Positions 55,854 through 64,000 of a DNA stretch of 64,000 nt are shown here, in pieces (the first letter of the stretch is position 1; every line of letters begins with the position of its first letter). The stretch covers positions 372,001 through 436,000 of the forward strand of contig NW_027117341.1 in the NCBI RefSeq assembly GCF_038025025.1, written 5' to 3'. Source of the stretch: Phyllosticta citribraziliensis. Its lineage: Eukaryota. The position numbers were made by a program, and so were the translations under genes. The notes beneath the pieces are model-generated. The model did not search any database. It had not been told where the DNA came from and saw only the letters and a program-made list of their open reading frames with translations.

Positions 55854-58092
55854 GAGGAGACGGGGAAGCAGCAAGCGACGAGCTGGAACAGCTGGCCAGT
55901 GTTGTTTTGGCATTGCACGTGGAGTTGATATTGGGCAAGCGTTGGCGGAAGCGGGTCATTGTTCGGGTTGTCCAAGCGAAGTGGTGAGGTGCTTGGTCCG
56001 GGCGACATATCATCTAGGCCGGAGCATCAACGGTGCTCTGCTCAGCAAATCGACAATCAAAATCCAGAAATAGCACCAACCACGACATTGGGCCTGCGTT
56101 TCACATGCTTCGACGAGCACGTCAGAGTCGCGATTGACATTGGCCTTTTTCCAACACGATGCAAGTTCCCTTCTCGCGCAGCGCTTGGACTCTTTCCATG
56201 ACGTTGGCCAGGGCGACCAGGAGTGGCAAGCGGTAGCGGAGCCTGGGAACCCACAAGGTGTTGGATACGATTCAAAGACCGGGAAGAGCACCTAGGGGAT
56301 GAAAACTTTTCCCGGCCAGTAATTCTGCGGTTGCCTGCCACGAGGGCTTGGTGCTGACATGGCCGAGCGTGATCGTCTTCGGCCGGGTGCCCTGGCAGAT
56401 GTCATGGTTCCCATGGAATATGCTCAGTACCCCTGGGCAGCATAGTTGACATCCACTGCAGCTGAGAGGACAAGATGCTTGGCTGCTCCGGTCTATGCAT
56501 GCGTCCTGGACAAGACGCTTGGCGTGTCAAGTACGAAGTTGTAGTGGAGAACAGGACCCACGGCCATGGACGTCGAGTCGTTTCAAGTCGAGCCGGAAAG
56601 AGCGCACTCAACGACGATGGTGATGGAGAGGTTGCATGCGTGCCGGGGTGGCCGTCGTCGTGGATATTCGTATGCTTGGTGCAGACGAGGAGCAGCCCAA
56701 AGCATCGTCGCGCAGGAGGAGTGGAGCGTGAGACGTGGTCGCGAGGGCAGGAGGCGAAGAAGGAAATTAGGGAGGGACGGGATGCAGAAGTGATGTTATC
56801 AGTGATGGTGTTGATCTTTTTCGACGTCTTGGTTTATTCCGTACAGATAGCCCGCGCTTGGCAGCTGCGGCCCGTTCCCCGCCGCGCCGCCGCACTAAAA
56901 CTCGACCGACAACAGAACTCACCACCAACACCACTAACCAACTATTCCCCCCCCCCCCTCGTCGCGTCGCGTGCGTCTTCTGCGCTCCCCGTTTTCGCAA
57001 ATTGCGCGACCCCATCGACCACCTGGGCCCAGAGGTTGGGCATCGAGGATCAGCCTGCGTTTGATGAGCAGAAGCGCTTCTACTCCAGCTCTTTCGCTTG
57101 CAGAGGCCAAGGGCATTCAAGAGCCAGGATGAATGCGAGATTGGCCAGGGCCGTGCCAGGTTGATTTGCACTGGCAGAGGTTTAGGAGACAACCGGAACA
57201 GGTCCCTCTGTTAGCGCAGATCTTCGGACACCCAGGACTCGCCGCCGACCATATACGGCACCTTGTACGGAGCACACGAGGTACGCCGGACCCACCGCTG
57301 CTGCTGCACGCAGTCATGTCACAGCATCTCTTGTCGGCATGTGGAACGTGTGCTTTGGGGCTTTGACTGTGGACGCGCAATGGCGATGACAGCGGAGCTT
57401 CTTGGCGCGACGACATGGAGGCGGTGCTTCCGCCAGCCCAAAGCCAAGACCTGGCCATCGCCGCTCCTCCTGCCCCTTTCGCCCTGGTTTGAGTCGAGGA
57501 ACCACAATTCTGGCCTGCCCTCGGTCACCGTCCAGACTTCCAGCCTCTACCTGGAGCGCACTAGCGCACCATGATCTCAGAAACAACCGTCGACGCCCTC
57601 GACGAAAGAGCCCAACTCCCTTGTTTGCGTCATGTGTAATCTGACGATGGCACCAAAACACGCCAATCCAAATCACTTTGCTTTGGCGTCTTGCTGCGCT
57701 TGATCAACCTACGACACATGTGTGCCCACTGTTTCTTATCTCCACTGCCAAGCCTCAGGTCGCCATCACAGAATGCAATGCTGCGTTTGCATTTCACATC
57801 ATTGCTTGCACGAGTAGCGTGCTCCAACGGGCCTGTGGATCAGCACCAGGGTCGTCACGGCTGGCTTTCGTGAACGCTAGGGCCTAGGACTCTCCGGGGA
57901 GGCTTGGAAGTCCGTTTAAAAGTGGCTCCTATGTATCCATTGGTCGAGACCGTCTGTGGCTAACTGGCACTATTCTCCCACTTGCACCTTGACGTCTGGG
58001 GATCAAGTTGTCCATCCCAAGTTGATATATTGTCCTCCATCCGGACCGAGCCTGGCGGCTTCATCCTTCGAAACACATCAATTACCTTTACC

Positions 58093-59125
58093 ATGGCGGA
58101 CAGCATCATTCCTTCAGAAGTGACGACCCGTTGTCCTTCTCCCAGTTCCATCAAGAGCGACAATGAGAAGGAGGGCTACCTCGACCTGCCCGGTATGTTT
58201 TCCCTGTCCCATTACTGCAATCGACCACGCTGACGATCCGGAAGAACGCAGAGATGCCCTCACCCCTGGCGAATTGGAAGCTCTGGAACACTATCGAGGG
58301 ACCGTGGACGACGACGAAGAGCTATTGAAGCTCCCAATTCACAAGAGGCTGGCAGCATACCTGAACCAAGAAATTGCAGCAGACACTTTGCTCGAGGTCG
58401 AGCTCTACTGCCTATCCTTTGCTACCGGGCTGCAAGACGCCATGACGCTTGCTTACTTTGGCCTCTTTTGTTCCAAACAAACCGGAAACCTTATCCACCT
58501 GGCTCTATCCGCCCTTGGCTCGGGACACCGGGTCCAGACGGAGACCAATATCGTCACGTCATTCTGCTGCTTCCTCGCCGGCGCCGCCATGTTTGGTCAC
58601 CTGGGAAACTTGGTCGGGAAGAAGCGCCGTGGCTGGTTGATGTTTGTCAATACCTGGCAAACCGCCATGGTTCTCGCCGCCGCTGCCGTGCGCCACTGGG
58701 CGCCCCCGAACAATGGTCTCGATCCAAATACGCCCAACCCCACGACCTTGATCATCGTCGCCCTTCTATCGTTCGCATCTGGAGGCCAGATCACGCTCGC
58801 TCTCACAGTCGGCATGGCTGAAATCAACACTACAATGGTCACTGGCGCTCTCGTGATGCTTTCGCAGGACAAGAAACTCTTCAAGCTCAACAACCCGGGC
58901 CGCAACCGAAAGCTGCTGTTCGTTGTGAGTATTCTCATGGGCAGCTTTGTTGGTGCCGCTTGCGAGAATCTGGAAGGGGCATCGGTTGCCCTGCTTTTGG
59001 TTGGAATTGTCAAAACCATTGTCACCTTCATGTTCCTCTGCAACTTCGGCACCAAGAAGAAGCCTGGAAGCTCCGAAACGGTCGAAAGCAACCTGTCTCT
59101 CCTCAACATCCTCTGGAGTGATTGA
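58093..59125 (+). CDS. DUF1275/YoaK-family multi-pass membrane protein (second paralogue)
   Basis: ATG 58093, one intron from ~58193; FATGLQDAMT...FCSKQTGN, SGGQ...EINTTMVTG, SILMGSFVGA. Confidence 0.9.
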
Positions 59126-61419
59126 AGGATTCGACCTGAGGCTTCAAAATCGGATTACCCCCTCACCTTCTCTTGGCTGGACCCCCCAGCTTCACATGAC
59201 CGACCTCCCATAGAGGCGTTCTCCCTTGGCTATTCATTATGCAAGCCACGCTTCTGGACTCATTCATGACGTCCTTAGATGTCTGACCCGCCAAGAAAGG
59301 CAGGCTCCCAGAACGTCAACCGGACGGAGCAAAACATCCCAGAAGAAACCTGGGGCTCCAAGGAGCCCCCGCCTCTTCAACTTACGGCCGCCGGGCAAGA
59401 CCCACTACTTTCACATATGATCTTTTCTCAAAAGTTGTCCCTTTGATTCAGGGCATTGACGCAGCGTTGGCAGATTTGGTTTCATCTTATGATTGTCATT
59501 TCCATCGACGGCGTTGGTTTGCACAGCGACTTAGCGAGCAGCGGTTTCTTTCTTCGTTTCTTTCGGACAGCAGATTGCTATATTTCGTTTTCGTTCCATT
59601 TTCCGCACGATACCCTTAGATTGGTTTATTGCATTCTCCGCAATCGCTAGACTAGATGTAGACGCAAAAGCTTTTATTACCTCACGTTGGCGATTTGCGC
59701 GATTTCATTCGAAAGACTCATGACTTAGGTTTCCACAGGGCCGCTCTTGTCGTCACTCTTCGTCGATTTGACTTTGGCGGGCAGCTTCCACACCGCACCT
59801 GCTCAACACACCAGCAACCATTCGCCTGAATCCGTCACATGCATCAAGAAGCCTCCGCTGAGGCTCCGACTCCGACTCTTTTCGTCCCCCACCCCACCCC
59901 ACCGACGCCCGGGAGCGGCCAAGCGAGTACGGCATAACACAGACAGTCGACCCAAGAGGCTGGGACGGGGCGGACCCGCTGCGCTACATACGCTACGTGC
60001 TCTGCAATCGGGCAGCACCGTGTCAGAATCAAAAGGCTCCACCCACACCATACACCCAACGTCTGTGTACACCCAGCGACCGGCATAACCAATCTACCGC
60101 CGCCACTATCAACGCAAGGTCCCCTCACAAAAAATATTCCGCCGCCGCTCTTGGCGCCAAGTCAGCTTCGGGTTCTTGGTGTTGGACGGCCTGGCCTAAT
60201 AAGGACGTGAGGACGCCGCATCTTCCATCAGGCTTCTTCTGAAGCGCCTCTTCCGCCTCCTGACAGCTTGGCAGCCGGCACTTTTGCCTTGGGAGCCAGA
60301 CCGGTGCCTGTTGGCTTGCTTGCCTGTCTGCCGCTCCGTTGTGACGCGCAGATGGACGTGTGCTGCCGAGCAGGGAGGGAGGGAGGGAGCGGTCCAAGCA
60401 ACCAACACTTGTCATGCTCGCTCGCTCGCTCGCGAATAATTATCGACGCCCAACCAACCGACCGCACTGCGCCTACCTAACTACCTGCCTGGCCTGCTTG
60501 CCTGTCGCAGATCAGAAAAAAAGCAACAGAACCCACCTTGCTGCAGCTCAACAACCAGCCAGCGGTGCGCTCTCCGGTCTCCGAATCTCTCCTCAGCCCT
60601 GGCTCTTTTTCTTCTGATTTGCGAGACGAGGCGAAATTACCAACCTCCGCCCCTCCCCTCCCCGACTGGCAGCCACGCATCTCTCCCTCTGCGGCAATCT
60701 GGCCGACCTCTCGTCTCGTTTTCTTGGTGCTTGCTTGACCGGCCGGCCCATGCTTCGTTTCCCTTCCTGGCGCCGGCCCAGTCCAGAGACACGGAATCCC
60801 GTCCCGCTCCGCCACGATGTCCACAGTGGATCTGATAACTAGTCAAGAAGCCTACACCTGACAGATAGCAACACAGAGAGCGAAGACGGACACGCCGCAC
60901 GCCGTCAGTTGCCGCCTCTAGACGACATTTGTGTGTGATCCGAGCGTGAAGAGTGCGTGCAGCGGGCCGGCCATCTCATCTCCTGCATAACGCCATAAAC
61001 CTAACCCATCCAGCAATCGTGTTCCATGCAGTCCAGACCCGGGCGGATGCGACCAGCGACCAGCGGCCAGCCAGTTCGGCGCGTCCATCAAGGTGCCATG
61101 ATTCATGTTCGTCGGCTGGCTAACCTGCCCGTCGTCTGCCCTGCCTGTTGTCTATAATCTGTTGTCCGCCTAAAAAGCTGTGTCGGAGAGTGTCGCTGTG
61201 GTGTTGGGTTGGTTATCACACCGGACACGGCGCCGCGGAGCCAGAACTGTATCCGACCATCTCTGCTCGTCTGTCAGGCTGTTCCTTTCCTCATTCCGTC
61301 GGGTCCTACCTACCGACCTACCTGAGTCCCCGCCCGCCCGCCGCCTGCCCATTCACCTGCCTGCTCGTCTACCTCGCGTAAGGCAAGGCAATGCAAGGTA
61401 AACAAGGTAAACAAGCTAA

Positions 61420-61536
61420 GGCGACGGCGACGGCGACGGCGACGGCCCGCTGCCGCTCCCTCCCTTCCTCCCGCATCTACCTTCAAGCCTACCCTGCCCT
61501 GTCCTGCCCTGTCCTGCGCTGTCCTGCCCTGCCCTG
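61420..61536. repeat. Simple-repeat block: (GGCGAC)n followed by (CCCTG/TCCTG)n
   Basis: Direct inspection of intergenic low-complexity sequence. Confidence 0.7.
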
Positions 61537-64000
61537 TTCTCACTTCCAGCCTACCCTGTCCCATCCAGTCCAGCTCCGTCGGTAAACGGAAGGTGGCGGC
61601 CAAGCCGCCACGCCATGGCAGAGACAAGAATTACGACGCCGGCGACCACCACGGCCAAGCAGGCCTCCTGGGCAAAAAGCGTGTTTGCGTCAGGCTAAGT
61701 TCAGGGAAAGGGGGTCGGTGCTTGGCAAAGCAAAGAGACGGGTGGATTAAGATGGATTGTTCCGCCTATGGGATATACTGGGTATGGGTTTCTTCCCGCT
61801 GTGCCGAACGAGAGCGTGCGGGTGAACGGGTGTGGGGGCTTTGTAGGTAGGTAAAGAAGTAAACACGAAAATGGGGTTCGCACGGGGTATGAACAGCATG
61901 CGTGTTGGGGTGTTCGAGGGTGTGGAGGGCTGCAGAAAGTAAAGTGGCTCTGCTGTCATGGATGAAGGTTGGTAAGTGGCTGTTCGTGTGCTGCATGCAT
62001 GGACATCTGATAACCGTGGGCGGGTGTACAGTATCGGCAGCAGTGAGAGAGCAGAATCTTATCTGATGGTAGTGTATCTTTTATCCACTCAAGCGCATTG
62101 CCTGTGCATCTAACTGCCTAGCTATGGAGCGGTTGGTCTGCTGCGCTTTTGGTGTGTAAGTGCAGAGGTGGGTTGGGGCGATGGATGGGGGTTCATCGTT
62201 CCCGTTCGGTTTGGATGAACAAATGGTTGCTCAGTGGCATCGTGTACCAATGGATGCCCAAGTACTGTGCATTTCTCGGGAACGCGAGGCTCTGATGAAT
62301 CGTGTCAACCCCTTCCATTGCACTGCTTTCCGGCTGCGCGAACCGGCAGTGCGTACGTACGTACTGCAGCCGTTCTGTGATGAAGACAATCATGGCTGCG
62401 AGTCACTCAGTTCGACCAAACAAGTGAATCGAGAGGCGTCCAACAGCGGGACGACGACGTCCATGAGGAGCAAAGAGAGGACATCCACGAGCGCCGTTCT
62501 AGTCCCGCTGGCCATTATGTCGCTGTGTCACCGGTCAGACAGATGCACGAGTAAGTTGGGTAGCTGAGTGCTCGAGTAAGTGAAGCGTTGACGGAGGAGC
62601 GTGAGAGAAGACGAGACAGCGAGCGTAGAAAAGAGGAGAAGAGCGTCGAAATACGGACTGCAACGGACGAAGCAGGGGGGATAGCATAACCAGCGCCAGT
62701 CAGTCAGTCAATCGGACTTCACCTGGTCTAGGGAAAAACAGACGAGACGAGAGGAGCCCGGGCCAGGTCGAATGTGGGTATCAAACTTTGTCTTTTTTCT
62801 TCTCTCTTGCCGCGCTTGCTCTGACTTAGTCGTCTTAGTCGTCTTCGTCGTCGTGGAGACTGGCCGGGGGCGGGTGGATGGGTGGAGAGGAGAAGGACGA
62901 CTGGACTAGACGGCTCGGGGGGAGGCTGGCCAGTGGGTCTGCGAAATGCGTGCGGATACGCCAAGGCATGACGAGACGAGAGACGTGTCTATCGTCTTTT
63001 CCGTGGGATGACGAGGTCCTTGGGAAGAGGAATAGTTGGCAGCTACATGATGTTGGACATGCGGGGAGAATGAGATAGTCGGCAAAGCCATGGCATTGAT
63101 ATCAGGTTCCGAGTAGGTGCTGACGAACTGCAGGATAGGTGGATGAACGGATATCGGCATGGAGTCGCATAGATGGCAGTGACTGGGAGAAACACAAAGC
63201 GCCCAGTCTCAAACCAAGACGCTATGCATGTAGTCGACGAGCATTTTGGAAGGTGGTTGGGCACGTCGATTTGCACTCGTATAGCTCGGCGACTTTGAGT
63301 GGGACATCCGCGGAGACGGGACTTGATGTGCCAGACGATTTTGATACAGGAATGTTGGTGTAGACGAAACGCTGCGCCTCGATCCGTCCCACCCTGACTC
63401 GACGCTGTCCGACGGCGGTGGATTGGTTGGTGGGTAGGTGGTGTGCAGTTGGTGTCGCGACCCAGACCAGCATTGAGACAACGACGACGTATGCGAGCAA
63501 GCGGGCCACACAGGACAAGGGTGATAAGCAAGATTGGCAAGCGTCCGCCAGGCGACTCTTCGCTCGGTCAAGTCGTCTGGGCGGGCGTCATCCGTCTCGG
63601 CAAGCTTGGGACATGCTCACTGCCCCCCTGTGCCCTTGGGACTGGAGCCTCGCTGCCACACGGCACCTGCATGGCACTGCCGTTGGATAAAATCGGACCT
63701 TTGCCGGGGAATCTAGAAGCGTTACGCCAACATGGTGTCAAGGAAGGTTTCACAATCGAGATGCGTGCATCTGAGAAGTGGCAGGTAAGCCGACATGGCA
63801 GCAGGGTTGTGGAACAATATCGTCATGACGAGAACGCCGCAGGTTGTCCCATCTGTGGATTGACAGTATTTAAGACTCGCTGGTGCCTGTACCTGTCAAC
63901 ATGGTGCAAGTTGGTAACGCAAGGCTTGGCGTTGACGGACAGACAGATACCTAATCACGTCAACTCGTGCGCCAAGGTTGTCTGCAGACTGTGAGATTCC

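Noticed and set aside
1..64000. Starship, transposon, spore-killer, NLR/HET or secondary-metabolite cluster
   Set aside because: No tyrosine recombinase, transposase, RT, NACHT/HET, PKS, NRPS or terpene cyclase motifs recognised in any frame.

Overview
Eukaryotic fungal DNA: a GC-rich filamentous ascomycete (Pezizomycotina), judged from short GT-AG introns with CTRAC branch sites and from the gene content. The genus cannot be assigned from the sequence alone. I resolved about 22 protein-coding genes by hand-splicing the ORF track. Most are housekeeping: a class-V PLP enzyme, GCP6, Spo71, a thioredoxin, cullin-1, a cupin, a GTT3-like membrane protein, an Mme1-like mitochondrial carrier, DJ-1/PfpI, a fungal AAA+ ATPase, PTEN/Tep1, a PPR protein, Lsm4, Pep7/Vac1, Met8, a METTL16-like methyltransferase, an HSL-family hydrolase, a triple-hevein (CBM18) secreted protein and two DUF1275 membrane proteins. 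I found no transposase, tRNA/rRNA, CRISPR array or secondary-metabolite backbone gene, and I cannot claim a clearly new multi-gene system. Best leads: (i) a divergent METTL16 homologue, apparently N-terminally truncated, whose reading frame depends on an 8-nt micro-exon, lying next to MET8, which carries a METTL16-like UACAGAAAG loop; (ii) a thioredoxin fused to SHP-box-like motifs and a hydrophobic tail; (iii) a ~7 kb gene-free island (20.75-28.1 kb) with a diverged ~235-bp tandem repeat, spliced-looking non-coding segments and gene relics, ending at an LRR gene whose F-box seems dead in another frame; (iv) a ~115-nt G-U-rich hairpin followed by T10 in a divergent promoter. All family calls rest on motif recognition, not database searches.
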